Shown piece after piece: positions 1 to 12,489 of a stretch of DNA of 64,000 nucleotides. Position 1 is the first letter of the stretch. Every line of letters starts with the position of its first letter. The stretch comes from Mobula hypostoma (taxonomy: Eukaryota). The stretch lies in assembly GCF_963921235.1 (NCBI RefSeq), contig NC_086107.1, positions 102,114,001 to 102,178,000 on the forward strand, given 5' to 3'. Made by a program: the position numbers and the translations under genes. The notes beneath the pieces are model-generated. The model saw nothing but the letters and a program-made list of their open reading frames with translations, was not told the origin of the DNA and made no database searches.

Positions 1-799
1 GCCCACTGTAGGTCAAAATAAACAAACAGACGAAAATGAAAAAGAAGAATTGCATTTAAAACAATAACTTTCAGGACCTTAACTCTGCGATGAACTGTCT
101 GAAGCCCAGCTGCGAAAGGAGGGGGTTGGGCATGGGGCTAGCAACATGGGAAGACAACAGCTACAAATATCCCTTGACAAACCTATTGACTTTCCACAGG
201 CACTGTGAATAATGTTGATTTTCCTCCGTCTAGCCCAAGGACACAAGACCAACTGTAGTCTGCACAACGTCAGCCCAGCAGAAATTGACCAACGCTGCAC
301 AGGTGCAGCGTTTTTCTCAATTTTGTTCTATTTCTATCAATTCTAATTCAATTCCATTTGCCAACCTCCCACAAAAATATCAAGACTAACATTTTTGTTT
401 CCAAATGCAGTTAAAGTTCACAATCGTAGAGCTAACATTCCAGGCAAATTCATGTTCCATTAAAATACTATCAGAAAGAGAAAGGAGGCATCTACCAGCT
501 CTTCTGATCTGAAGAAAAAGGAGACATGCTGGGGAAGATACACAATAACCTAAAACGTTCTGCATGTTATAGAGTTCTAATGGAAGTCCCTACACAAGTG
601 GTTCTACTGATTATATTTTAATCCATCATTTGTTCAGGATAGCATCGATACAAATCAGAGTAGAAGGCTACTGATCAGCATGGGAAAAAGACTGGAGAAA
701 TTGACTGCAAGGCAGAAGAACAGATCAAGATGAGATGCAGCCTTTTGGGAGGGGCAATGGGGATAATAGACAAAAATCAAGGAAAAAAAGATACATCTT

Positions 800-925
800 T
801 CATGACCTTAGCTCTGTCATGGACAGTCCCAACCCCGGCTGTGAAAGGAGGAGGGGTGGGCATGGGGCTAGCAACCCCATCTCGTGAAATCCCAGTGCTA
901 CAGAAACGCCAACAGAAGCTCCCTT
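800..925 (+). mobile_element. Structured 5'-UTR fragment of an RTE-like LINE (related partial copy at ~100-146)
   Basis: The motif aaaggag(gag)gggg(t/g)tgggcatggggctagcaac occurs at both sites and resembles RTE-clade leader sequences. Confidence 0.45.
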
Positions 926-2289
926 TTTAATCTTTATCCACTGAAAGGGTAATTTACAGTAATAAGTTAACCTTGGTAAGTGGGAGAAAACTGAGGCATC
1001 TGGCAGACGCACATCTCAGTCACTGAGAGTGTCCACACTGACAGAATGAGATCAAGATGGAACATGAACCACCCTGCCACTTCTGAAAGTTATAATTCTA
1101 AAGGCAAATATAACAAACACAAGCAGATCACATGAACAGCAAAGTTGGTAATTGGATAATGTTACCAGCAATTGTGCAGTGAGAAGTTTTGCCTACCCAA
1201 GGCAGATGAGGCCTTGGTGTAACTTTTCATCCTAAAGGCAGCTGTTGCCAGAAAAGGTGTGGGAGGTGGGGTGAAGAATACGGTGACTAACCAATTAATC
1301 AATATAGACTGAAGAGTTGATGAAACCATTCTGCCCATTTCTGTGAATGCTTATCATACACAAGTTAGTATACAACCAATCAGCAACAATAGGAAGGGTC
1401 AAGAAAAAAGAAACGCATGCTAAACCCAACTGCTTAGATTCAGAATGGTAAAACTACCCCCAACTTCCAGCATTGGGGTCACGTATTAAAATTGTACAAT
1501 GCACAAATTCTTAAAAATAAAAACAGGGTCTGTACAGAACTTTGTCAAAGCTACAAGCAATTTGACTTAACCAGTTTTCCCCCCATCCTTTATTAATCAA
1601 CCAGCTGCCTTAATCCTGGAAATTTCATTGCATTCCCTTTCATCAATCTTCCTGTCTACCATTTTTAACAAATCTTTGCTAATCACTGTTTTGGGCTGTT
1701 CACTTCAATCTGTTAAAACTGTGTTAATTGCGTTAATTTTTTTTTCATCCACACTAATTAAAACCTTATTTTCATTATTGTTATCTTTTCCATCCAAATA
1801 AGTGCACTTTGACAAAATTACTCATTAACCGTAAGTCTGCCAGGCAACTGCTATTGATGGATGATATACTTAAATCTAACAGCACCTAATAACTGGACAC
1901 CCAGCCAGTATATTAGTATCCACATTCCAATGGCATTACGGCTAAGCTACAGATGCAGACGATTAAATTTCACTAGGCATAAACCAGATTGAATAACATC
2001 TTGCAGTTAAATTCAGCGCAGCCAGATTACACATCAAAAAAAACCTATAATTGATTCTTCCATCTGATAAAACACACTAGTATAATTTAGTGGTGGAAAA
2101 GCATGAACGATGCGATTCTATTCGCTTTGAAATGAAAAGATCAAAGTACAGAAATATTGCATTTGACATGGGCTCAGTAATGAATTAGGTAAAGTAATAG
2201 CAGAGGAAATTGATCGCAGGACCATGGTTCGGGGCAAACAAAAATCAGCCACAGCTGATTGCAATAATTCTTCACTAGATACACATCAG

Positions 2290-2553
2290 AGGAGGAGAAT
2301 CTACACTGACATGACCATTGTCCACAGCAGCCAGCATCATATGAACACGATGGACAGGTTAGGCTTGTATCCACTGGAGTTTAATGGGGTGGGACCTGAC
2401 TGAAACATGCAAGGTGCTAAGCAATCCTGTCAATCTGGATGTGCAGAGCTTGTTTCAACTCGTAGGAGAATCTAGAATAAGGAATTTTATTAAAAATAAA
2501 GTAGCACCCATTTACTATAAAAGATGAAGCTCTTAAATACCTCAGAGGTCATG
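2290..2553 (+). mobile_element. Degenerate CR1 LINE 3' fragment (continues after 4758)
   Basis: ggacaggttaggcttgtatccactggagttt...ggagaatctagaataagg resembles the CR1 ORF2 C-terminus; interrupted by a Tc1 element. Confidence 0.6.
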
Positions 2554-3000
2554 CAGTACTGTGAAAAAGTCTTAGACACACGTAAAAAAAATTCTGAAAA
2601 GTGGAGAAGCTTTCAAAAATAATGAAAAGTTTTTAAATTTCAAAAAAATTACCATAAAGAGCAGTAAATAGTGAAAAAACTAAATCAAATCAATATTTGG
2701 TGTGATCACCCTTTGCCTTTAAATCTGCATCAGTCTCTTAGGTGCACTGTCATGCATCTTGGAGAACTCGCTACAGTTCTGCAGATCTTGGCTGTCCTGT
2801 TTGCTCCTGCCTCTCTGAGTAATCCCAGACAGCCTCGATGATATTGAGATCAGGGCTCTGTGAAGACTATACCATCTGTATCATCAGAACTCCTCATCCT
2901 TCTTTTTACTGAAGATAGTTCTTTATTACCTTGACAGTGTGCTTGGGGTCATTGTACTGCCGAGGATTAAGTTGGGACTGGTCAGATGCCTCCCTGCTGA

Positions 3001-3659
3001 CAAACACAAAATACTCTGCAGATGCCGGGGTCAAAGCAACACTCACAACATGCTGGAGGAACTCAGCAGGTCGGGCAGCATCCGTGGAAATGATGAGTCG
3101 ACGTTTCAGGCCGGAACCCTTCGTCAGGACTGTAGGGGGAAGGGGCAGAGGCCCTATAAAGAAGGTGGGGGAGGGTGGGAAGGAGAAGACTGATAGGTTC
3201 CAGGTGAAAAACCAGTAATGGGAAAGATAAAGGGGTGGGGGAGGTGATAGGTAGGAAAGGTGAAGAAGGAATAGGGGAAAACATAATGGGTAGTAGAAGG
3301 AGGCAGAACCATGAGGGAGGTGATAGGCAGCTGGGGGAGGGGGCAGAGTGAAATAGGGATAAGGGAAGGGAGGGGAAGGAATTACCAGAAGTTGGAGAAT
3401 TCTATGTTCATACCAAGGGGCTGGAGACTACCTAGATGGTATATGAGGTGTTGCTCCTCCAACCTGAGTTTAGCCTCATCATGGCAGTAGAGGAGACCAC
3501 GTATGGACATATCCAATGGGAATGGGAAGCAGAGTTGAAGTGGGTGGCAACCGGGAGATCCTGTCTGTTTTGGCGGACAGAGCGGAGGTGCTCGACGAAG
3601 TGGTCCCCCAATCTGCGTCGGGTTTCACCGATGTAGAGGAGGCCGCACCAGGAGCACCG
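3001..3659 (-). mobile_element. Penelope-like element 3' end (GIY-YIG C-terminus, 3'UTR, hammerhead)
   Basis: The minus strand encodes CGLLYIGETRRRLGDHFVEHLRSV...PVATHFNS. It is flanked by a gatgcctccct direct repeat (2985-2995 and 3660-3670). Confidence 0.85.
3096..3131 (-). ncRNA. Minimal type I hammerhead ribozyme motif (PLE-associated), most intact copy
   Basis: AGUC-CUGACGA-AGGGUUCCGGCCU-GAAAC-GUC-GACU: stem I, catalytic core, stem II, palindromic ACGU stem III and a GUC cleavage triplet. Confidence 0.75.
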
Positions 3660-5409
3660 GATGCCTCCCTAATGGTATTGCATGATGGATGAGAACCTGC
3701 TTGTACTTCCCAGCATTGAGGATTCCATTAATTCTGACCAGATCACCAACTCCATTTACAGAAACGCAGCCCCAAACTTTCAGGGAACCTCCATTGTGCT
3801 TTGCTGTTGGCTACAGACACTCACTCCACAGCTCTTCTACAGACAAATTGCCTCCTGTTTGAGCCAAGAATTTCAAATTTTGACTCGTCAATCCAGAGCT
3901 GTTGCTGCCGTCGCCCAGCACCCGGTCCGTGTGTTTTTGTGCACAGGTGAGTCTCTTGGCTTTGTTTCCACTTTGGAGAAATCGCTTTTTGGCATCAACT
4001 CTCCCATAAAGACCACTTCTGACAAGACTGCTCTGGACTGTGGAGGGATATACTTGGGTTCCAGTGGTTCCTGTCAGTTCAAAGCTGATAGCAGTGCTGG
4101 ATTCTTCTGATTTAAAAGGGACATCAATTTGATGTAGCTCCTGTCTGCTTCACTCTGTTTCAGTGGCTAATCACTGCAGTTTTGGTGCTCAACCTTGCCC
4201 ATTTCTTTGTGCTTCTTCAAGAGAGCTTGGACTTTTGAGAATCCTGTCTGCCACAAAATTTCTGCTTGGGAGAGGCCTTGCTGATGCAGGATGACCATCT
4301 TGTGTCTTGTTACTATGCTCACTCTTGCCATGGTGTAAGAACTGATGATTTGAAGGTTAAACTGTCATATCTGCCACACACTCACCTTTTAGTTTGGTTG
4401 TCCAGTTTGATTCCTTCTACACCCATTTCTGTTTGTTAATCAGTTTAATTCATTCAACTCATTATGTCATTGATCATTAGCACCTGTTTGTTATCTTTGT
4501 TTAATCGTGCACTGGGCTGAACACCTACAAAGTAATCAAGTTTTTATTTACAAAGTGGTCTATTACTTAATATGTTGCTTTCTTTAATGAAATACAAAAA
4601 AAACATTTAATTTTTTTTTTGAAAATGAATATTTGGAAATCTAAAACTTGCGCTTTTCTACTTGACGTAGTAATACAGAGGACAGAAAAATAAACATCTG
4701 AAACAAAATTTATATTTAAAAAATAATCCAGGGTGCCTAAGACTTTTGCACAGTACTCCAAATCATTAAACATTTTTAAAGGTATAAAAATTAGAAGGCA
4801 ATTGATGAGAAGGGGGTGAAATGCAGAATTGAAATTACAATCAGATCAGGCACGGTCTCATTGAATGGTGCTGCAGCCCATCTTTTTCCCCCCAATTCAT
4901 ATGTTAGCATGCATTTAATTTTTTAAATAGGCATTTGGAAAGTATGCAAAAAATAAGATAATAATCACAACCATCAAGCATTAATGTAAAGGGATTCAAA
5001 TCCATGACTACCTGCATCACCTGAGGCATAAGGAAGTCACAATGCAGTTGCAGAGGATTTTGGTGAGGGTGTTTAGAGTTTTGCATACAATTTTGGTCAT
5101 CCCACTACAGTATAGATATTGTGAGAGGGTGTAGATGTTCATCACAATGCTGCCTGGATTATAGAGTATTAGCTATAATTAGGTTGGATAAATTTGGCAA
5201 ACAAGTGAAAATCTGCAAATGCATAAACTTGGATTTGTTTCTCTGAAGTATGGGAAGCTGAGGAGAGGAGGCCTGATAAGATAAGGTTATCATATTGTGT
5301 TTTCTTTTATGCTGCAACAGATCTGGAGTAACAATTATTTTGTTCTCCTTCACATTTGTGTACTGGAAATGACAAACAATATTGAATTCTGATGTTTAGT
5401 CTGAAAAAT

Positions 5410-5515
5410 CAACTGCATGCTTTTATGCTTTGGGCTGCCGCCACATGATTGACTGATTAGATATTCGCTTTAACAAGGTGTACAACTGTACCTAATGAAG
5501 TGGCCACTGGGTGCA
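5410..5515. mobile_element. Tc1-like TIR-end fragment (same family as 45967-46514)
   Basis: gcatgcttttatgc...gctgccgccacatgattgactgattagatatt...gtacctaatgaagtggccactgggtg. Confidence 0.65.
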
Positions 5516-6469
5516 CGTCCTTTAATAATAAACTCGAACTTTAAACCATGAAAAGAACATGGCTGAATTAGATCAAGATTTCAAGAAATGGAGGAAGAGA
5601 CAAAAGTAAACAAAACTAGACTGACAGATCAGAAGACAAAGATCAAGTGTACTCTGCCCAGAACAGCAAATAGGCTGAACAAAATCAACATGTTTTAGGA
5701 AAATGGGCACACAACCCTCTATTTATGTATTGTGCCAACAGCACAAGAAATGACACTGATACAGGCAAGTGGCTTTCAATCTTTCAATGAAAATCTACTG
5801 CTTCAATGGCTCCATTCCGTACCCACTCATCAAAGATGTAATCGGTTTGAAATGTCACCCCCGTTTTCAAAGACATGCATTTACTTAACTTAGCAATAAA
5901 TTCTTACAGCAACTTCCAGAACATGAACCAAATACCCTTCCGTCTGCTGAAGATAATTTACTAATATTTTGATTCAGAACAAATTCTCTTCTTCCAGTGA
6001 TCTACACCAAATACAATTCAGTTTAAAAAGGCAAATATTTTCTCTAATTCTTAGAAGAGCCCCCATACCCATTACACAGGAAAATGGCTTGATACACAAT
6101 CCTAACCCTAGTCTTTCTTTCCAAGGAATAATTCACCTCCAGATTTTGCCCAATACTGACAACCAACCTAATCTAGATGATCACAAACACAGACCTGAAA
6201 TTTACACTAGTAGTACACTGCATCAGGTTCATTAGTCCGAAAACTTCAAATTATCTCCATTATCTAACCAGTCATTTTACTTCTGAGAACTTTTATAAAG
6301 TGGCAAATTACACTGAAATAATAAATGCTCAGGTGTTAAATTTGTTCAGCTAGCCTACAAGTAAAAAGACAAAAGGTCTTAAAGGTTTTTTAAAATATAA
6401 CAACTGAAAGTTAACATAAATTTCTATTATTCAGCTGAAATGTTAATGGAGGGCAGATAGTAAATAGTC

Positions 6470-6790
6470 ATTGAAAACTACTACACAGAAACAGGCCCTT
6501 TGGCCCATCTAGTCCATGCCAAACCATTAAATTGCCTAGCCCTACCCGTTGAACTGCATCCAGACCATGTATCTATACAAACTTCTCAAATGTTGAAATC
6601 AAAATTACATCCACTACTTGCTCTGACAGCTCGTTCTACACTCTCACAAACCTCTTGAGTGACAAAGTTTCCCCTCAAGTTCCCTTAAACATTTCATTTT
6701 TCACCCATACCCCTTATTCAACCCTTCCTGAAAACTCAGGTCCTCCAGCTCCGGCAACAACCTTGTAAATTTTCTCTGTACTCTTTCAAT
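6470..6790 (-). mobile_element. CR1 LINE 3' fragment
   Basis: Minus-strand IERVQRKFTRLLPELEDLSFQEGLN, plus a CR1 3'UTR stem (aggcccttt ggccc). Confidence 0.7.
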
Positions 6791-7481
6791 GGAGTAGGTA
6801 GCAATGTTGAAGTTAAAATTACAAAATACAGAACAGGACTGACAGGAGAGATAATAAGATATTGGGAATTTACTTTCCTTAATTGGCGAGTCCAGAAACA
6901 AGGAAGGGTTTTCGGTTCAGCCATTGGCTAGAGGGGTAAAAGTCTCTTTGCATAGTTGGATATGTCACAAATTCTTTCTCAAATGGCTATAGTTGTTCAG
7001 TCATATATTAAAGGAAATTTTACACATATAGTCAAAGGATTTACAGCTTGGAGAAAAGCGGTTTGAGGCAACGGCTTGGCCACAAATTAAATGCGGGAAC
7101 AGGGCAAAGGGACCCCAATTACTTTATTCACTTCTTCTCCTTCACCCCCCAAAAAGAAGATTTTAGAATTGGAGAAGGATACCGGACCAGAGAACGAGCC
7201 AAATGATGACGTCTGAACTACTTGCATTTATATGGCTTCTTTAATGCAGTAAACGGTCTCAAACTGTCTTAGCACATTCTAATTCTTAGTTTTCTGATCA
7301 ACGTGGTCTTTAGCAGGTCTAATGCTAAATGTACAAATCCAAGCACATTGATGACTGAAGGTCGTCACTATAGAGAAAACTGCAGTGATATTAACAAATT
7401 AATCAAAGGATGCAAAAATATGGCAAATTAATACAATTGACCAATAATCAGATCATTCACCCTGTAGATTACAATTTAGAG

Positions 7482-7564
7482 CAGGGGTTCCCAACAGTTT
7501 TTATGCCATGGACCCCACCTACCATTAACTGAGGAGTCTGTGGACCCCAGGTTGTGAACCCCAG
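7482..7564. mobile_element. hAT-type MITE (related copies ~18505-18550, ~47405-47484, 56803-56883)
   Basis: TIRs caggggttcccaac and gttgtgaaccccag; near-perfect 8-bp TSD atttagag/atttagaa. Confidence 0.75.
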
Positions 7565-8735
7565 ATTTAGAAAGTGCTTCTGTGTTAAAAACTAGAAGCA
7601 ACGAAGGTTCAAAGATGGTTGGGGGAAGACTGTACTTTTCCATGATTTCTTGGTGTACGGAGAATCAAAGACCAGTGAAACATTAGCACTCTTATCTCGA
7701 AGATTAGGATATAATGATAGAACATATTATGACTATATAAAGCCCTGGTTAGAGCACACTTAGGCTAGCATGGAGCAAGTACACATTTTGAAACCAAGAG
7801 GGAACTTAAACAGAGACATGGTTATCTGGAGCTTAGAAGAATAAAGAATGACTTGAGCAAAAGTTCTGTTGCAACAAATAGGTCTGATTTGGTATTTATC
7901 AGTTGATGCATTTAGGACTTTGGGAGAGAAAGAAAAAAGGGCGGAAACCAAGTTAAAGATTTGACCTGCTCTACAAACAACCATTGATATTACATTATTG
8001 TTAATTTTAGATCCAATGTGATTAGATTTTTGTTAACTGAAGCCATAAAAAGGGACATGAAGCAACCAAAGTAGTTATACTTTAGTTACATTTCCTCAGT
8101 GATGCCCCCAGATACATTCCTTCTCGATGTTTCTGGATAAATGCTGATTCTACTGTCTAAAAAAGAATCAAACTATGACAACATGGCCTAATGAAAATAA
8201 GAGACCAGTTTTAGCCCTGTCAACGTTTGGACTTGTATAATCAGTTACTCACTGATTCAATTACAGATGCAAATCAGTCAGTTCATACAGTGCAATACTA
8301 GCCATTGTTTTGCAAAACTTCACGGGACTCTGATAAAATACTACTTGAAACTTTTAACTGTTTCTTTCCGCAGATGCACCTGATACAACTTCTAATGGTG
8401 GGAGGTGTTGGGAAAGTTTCTGAGGGGCATGGATAGATCGGATGAGTTAATTTGGCTTTGTACAAGGGAGATCATATGTCATAAATATGAATTTTTTATT
8501 TGAGGAAGTAACTAGGAAAATTGATGAAGGTCGTGTCGGTGTGTTTCCAGTGAATGTCAGTAAGGCTTTTGACAAGATCCCAGTGGTACGCTGGCCCAGA
8601 AGGTTAAAGTTGGCAAACTGGATCCACACAAACACGAGAAAATCTGCAGATGCTGGAAATTCAAGCAACACACATCAAAGTTGCTGGTGAACGCAGCAGG
8701 CCAGGCAGCATCTCTAGATCTCTAGGAAGAGGTAC

Positions 8736-8771
8736 AGTTGACGTTTCGGGCCGAGACCCTTCGTCAGGACT
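8736..8771 (-). ncRNA. Minimal hammerhead motif in the left arm
   Basis: AGUC-CUGACGA-AGGGUCUCGGCCC-GAAAC-GUC-AACU; core intact, one stem I mismatch. Confidence 0.6.
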
Positions 8772-9360
8772 AACTGAAAGAAGAGCTAGTAGGAGATTTG
8801 AAAGTGGGAGGGGGAGGGGGAGATCCAAAATGATAGGAGAAGACAGGAGGGGGAGGGATGGAGCCAAGAGCTGGACAGTTGATTGGCAAAAGGGATATGA
8901 GAGGATCAGGGGACAGGAGGCCTAGGGAGAAAGAAAAGGGAGAGGAGGGAAAAAACCCAGAGGATGGGCAAGGGGTATAGTGAGAGGGACAGAGGAAGAA
9001 AAAGCAGAGAGAGAGAGAGAAAAAGAATGTGTGTATATAAATAAATAACGGATGGGGTACTTCCGCTAATGCCCCACCTCCCCCTCGTACCCCATCCATT
9101 ATTTATTTATATACACACATTCTTTTTCTCTCTCCTATTTCACCCTCTGTGCCACTCACTATACCCCTTGCCCATCCTCTGGGTTTTTCCCTCCTCCCCC
9201 TTTTCTTTCTCCCTAGGCCTCCTGTCCCATGATCATCTCATATCCCTTTTGTCAATCACCTGTCCAGCTCTTGGCTCCATCCCTCCCCCTCCTGTCTTCT
9301 CCTATCATTTTGGATCTCCCCCTCCCCCTCTCAAATCTCTTACTAGCTCTTCTTTCAGTT

Positions 9361-9396
9361 AGTCCTGACGAAGGGTCTCGGCCCGAAACGTTGACC
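9361..9396 (+). ncRNA. Minimal hammerhead motif in the right arm
   Basis: AGUC-CUGACGA-AGGGUCUCGGCCC-GAAAC-GUU-GACC; core intact, GUU triplet. Confidence 0.6.
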
Positions 9397-10989
9397 GTAC
9401 CTCTTCCTAGAGATGCTGCCTGGCCTGCTGAGTTCACCAGCAACTTTGATGTGTGTTGCTTAAACTGGATCCACAATCAGCTTTGATTAGTGGATGAGTA
9501 ATCAGCAGAGTAGTGGTGGATGAATGTTTTTTTTTGGCTGGAAGTCTAACGAGTGATATACTGCAGGGACAGGTGCTGGGATCTTTGTTAGAACATTAGA
9601 AAGCTTCCAACAAAAACAGGCTATTCGGCCCAAATTCCTATTCACATAGTGTGTTGAACTATTCAACTAGACAGCTAAGTAGTTTGTTCCATGTGTCCAT
9701 AACTCCATGTAAAGAAATGCTTCCTGATGCTAGTCTGAAGTCTCCCTTTAACCAGTCTCTACCAATAGCCCTGTGTCCTCATTGATGGTTTTGAAGTAGC
9801 AGCTGGCATCCACCTTATTTATGCCCTTAATGTTTGAACACTTCTATCACATCTTCCCTCATTCTACGTGTACATAGGCTAAAAAGATCTAATTCTTTCA
9901 ATCCTTCTACATAGCTCAAACCCTGCAGACCTGGAATGAGTCTAGTCACCCTTCTCTGACCTCTCTCCAATGCCTTCACATCCCTTGCAAAATACAGAGA
10001 CCCAAATTATTAGTAATATACAAATGAATTGGATGAGAACACAGATGATTTGATTATCAAATTTGTAGACAATACAAAATTGGTAGAACTGTGGGTTTTT
10101 GAAGTTTATCTAAGTATACATCAAGACATAGATCAACTGGCAAGTTGGGTGTAGGAATGGCACATACAATTAAGTCCAAATAAGAGCGAGGGTATGCATG
10201 TTGAGAGGTCAAATTCTGCAAGGACAATAACAGATATCTCATTCAGACCTTGGGGTTCAAGTTCGTGGCTCCCTGAAGGAGCTGAGACAGGTGGATAAGG
10301 TAGTGAAGAGAGGCGGTCGGTATGCTTGCCTCCATGGGCCGAGGCATTGCTTTACACGAGTTGGGATATCACACTGCAGCTGTACAAATATTAGCTGGAC
10401 ACACTGGGAGTAGTGTGCACAGTTATGGTCACCAAAAATAGGGCGTGGCAGCAATAAAGCGTCCAGAAAATATTCACAATGACATTGCCTGGAATGGAGG
10501 ACTGTGGCTATGAGAGATTAGATATCCTGGATTTATTCTCTCTAGAACGTAGGAGCCCGAGGAGTACCCTTACACAATTCTGAGTGCAAATTAGTCATTC
10601 TTCTTCTCAGGGTAGGAGGGTCCAGGATGAGAGGCAGGACACCTTTATATACTTGGACCAGGGAAATAATACTGGGGAGGAGGAAATGGCAGAGAAATTA
10701 AATAAATACTTTCCACCTCTCCAAGGAAACCCCCCTGGAAACCTGAGAGCTAAATGGTGTATGTGGTGGCATTGTTAATGTTTGGTACAGGCAAACTTGC
10801 AACAGAAAGAGTGTGGCTAAAATTCACCAGATAGATACACAACTTAGTGCATGAAGAGATGAATAAAGCAGACTGGGTCTATGCTAGCTGAGGTTCAGAA
10901 GATAGAGAGGCGATATCATTGCAACCTACAGGAATGTTTTCCCTGGCGACTGCATTGATCCAACGGTCAGTTTAAAAACTGCCATTGGC

Positions 10990-11510
10990 CATTCAGTACA
11001 AAGGAAGAAATTTGCTGGATGTCGACATCTCAGAAGATATACCTTGGGCACAACAAACTGATGCACTCACGAAGAAGGCACTCCAGAGGCTGTACTTCAT
11101 CAGAGGTTTGAAGAGGTTCAGCACGTCAAAGCCCCCGGCAAATTTACACAGATGTACAGTGGAGAGAGTTCGAACTGGTTGCATCGCTGCCTGATACGGA
11201 GACGCCAACCGACAGGATCGCAAGAGGCTGCACAGGGTTGTATACAGCCAGCCCCATCGCTTTGGGCACCACCATCGCCTCTTCCCAGTAACACTATAAG
11301 AGAGTCACAGGAGCCTGGAAAACTCCCACTGAACGTTTTGCAGCAGCTTCCCCCTCCACCACCAGAGTTCTGAAAAGTCCACGAACACTACCTGACCATT
11401 TCTCTTTCACGCTACTTACAGTAACTTAATAGTAGTTTGATGTTTCACCTTGCACTACTACCACAACAAATTTCAAGACATATGTCAGGGGCAGTGAACC
11501 TGATTTTTGA
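10990..11510 (+). mobile_element. Rex1/Babar LINE 3' fragment
   Basis: ORF 10985: DISEDIPWAQQTDALTKKALQRLYFIRGLKRF...HRCTVERVRTGCIAA. Confidence 0.7.
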
Positions 11511-11847
11511 ATATTTGCAATGTTCTACATACCCAAAGGGGGTGTAGGGGCTAATTCAATGCAAACCCTTTTTTTGGGGGAGTATTAAAGAAAGATAAGG
11601 GAAATTATTAGCTAAATTACCAGACATGGTCCAACTAAACGCTACGAGAAGCTGAAAGGCTAACTCCTGCTTCTTGTGGGCAAAAAGTACATTGAGTCCT
11701 GAACTCTAGCATGCCTGTTCCCCACCCAGCCACTCCCTTAACCCCGCTTCCCTCTCCCTCTCGCCCTGTTATTGCTCTCACCACCCCCACCCCTCAACTC
11801 AACCCTCACCCCCACCCCCACCCCTCCACCCTACCCCTCACCCTCAC

Positions 11848-11957
11848 CTCTCCAGCCACTCTTTGAAGAAGCGCAGCTCGGCCGTGTGCAGCACTTTCGG
11901 GTTCCCTCTGCAGTACTGCACAAAGGCGTCGAGATCGCGGAGTTTCTGCGGGTCCAT
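11848..11957 (-). CDS. ST13: ST13 (Hsc70-interacting protein, Hip) coding exon 1; no further exon recognised in the window
   Basis: The minus strand reads MDPQKLRDLDAFVQYCRGNPKVLHTAELRFFKEWLE(S), matching the Hip N-terminal dimerisation domain (human [37 protein letters not shown]). It is 110 nt, ending at an AG|gtgag donor, and lies head-to-head with XPNPEP3 as in human. Confidence 0.93.
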
Positions 11958-12059
11958 GCTGCCAGCACCGCCGCTGCTTCCCCTTCGCCTCCCTCCACGT
12001 CCTGCGCGCACCACTCACTCACTCTCTCTCTCACTCTCTCTCCGCAGAACCTTCTGGAA

Positions 12060-12480
12060 CTTGCTTTCCCGCCCGCTGCCAGCTCCGATGTCGGCAGTCC
12101 GCCCACTTCCAAGCGAACGGAACTACATTCCCACACCCGCCGTTTATTTTTAGCGGCGGCGCGGTAAAATTGGTCGCAAAATGCTGCAGATAATCGGCGC
12201 CTCTGAATTTTTTTAGAAGTCATTTAATGATTGGCAGGGGCCTGGACACCCCGCTGGCTGGCTCCTGACAGTTGACCTTCCGTGACCTTCGGACCAGCCA
12301 ATAGCCACTCAGCATGGCGTAATTCCTGACCAATGGAGGTGAGGGTAGGGTGCGGTGACGTCACGGCAACGCGCCCGGGCCGAGGAAGGCCGAGGGGGAA
12401 ACCAGTCCCGTGCGCTGGGGAGTGTGGGGAACGTGTGGCACCCTTTACCTTGATTTTTATGTTTAATGAGTTATAAATAA
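12060..12480. promoter_or_regulatory. Bidirectional CpG-island promoter shared by ST13 and XPNPEP3
   Basis: CpG-rich interval between two divergent ATGs. Motifs: ACTACATTCCCA (ZNF143/THAP11-type, 12122-12133), GC boxes near 12069 and 12099, CCAAT boxes in both orientations (near 12169, 12230, 12298, 12330), and a palindromic CRE TGACGTCA (12356-12363). Confidence 0.8.
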
Positions 12481-12489
12481 AGCTTAATA

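Larger units (their letters stand above)
2554..4758 (-). mobile_element. Tc1-like DNA transposon, decayed, with a PLE inserted
   Basis: TIRs cagtactgtgaaaaagtcttagacac and gtgcctaagacttttgcacagtact; minus-strand QSPDLNIIEAVWD transposase motif near 2820-2862. Confidence 0.85.
8629..9461. mobile_element. Fold-back (inverted dimer) PLE 3'UTR insertion with 14-bp TSD
   Basis: Antisense arm 8629-9060 and sense arm ~9061-9461; TSD aaactggatccaca at 8615-8628 and 9462-9475. Confidence 0.88.
8400..10640 (+). mobile_element. Fragmented CR1 ORF2 remnant hosting later insertions
   Basis: FEEVTRKIDEGR...SKAFDKIP...ANWIH (ORF 8487) resumes after 9475. A different minus-strand CR1 tail lies at ~9590-10010. 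Confidence 0.65.

Noticed and set aside
1-30. Minus-strand acceptor-like tctgtttgtttattttgacctacag|tgggc as the start of ST13 exon 2
   Set aside because: Only 5 nt of putative exon are visible, and they do not give the expected S-(M/L)-G start; cannot be supported
11772-12223. Overlapping 70-131 aa ORFs around ST13 exon 1
   Set aside because: GC-rich, low-complexity shadow frames; the real exon is in a different frame
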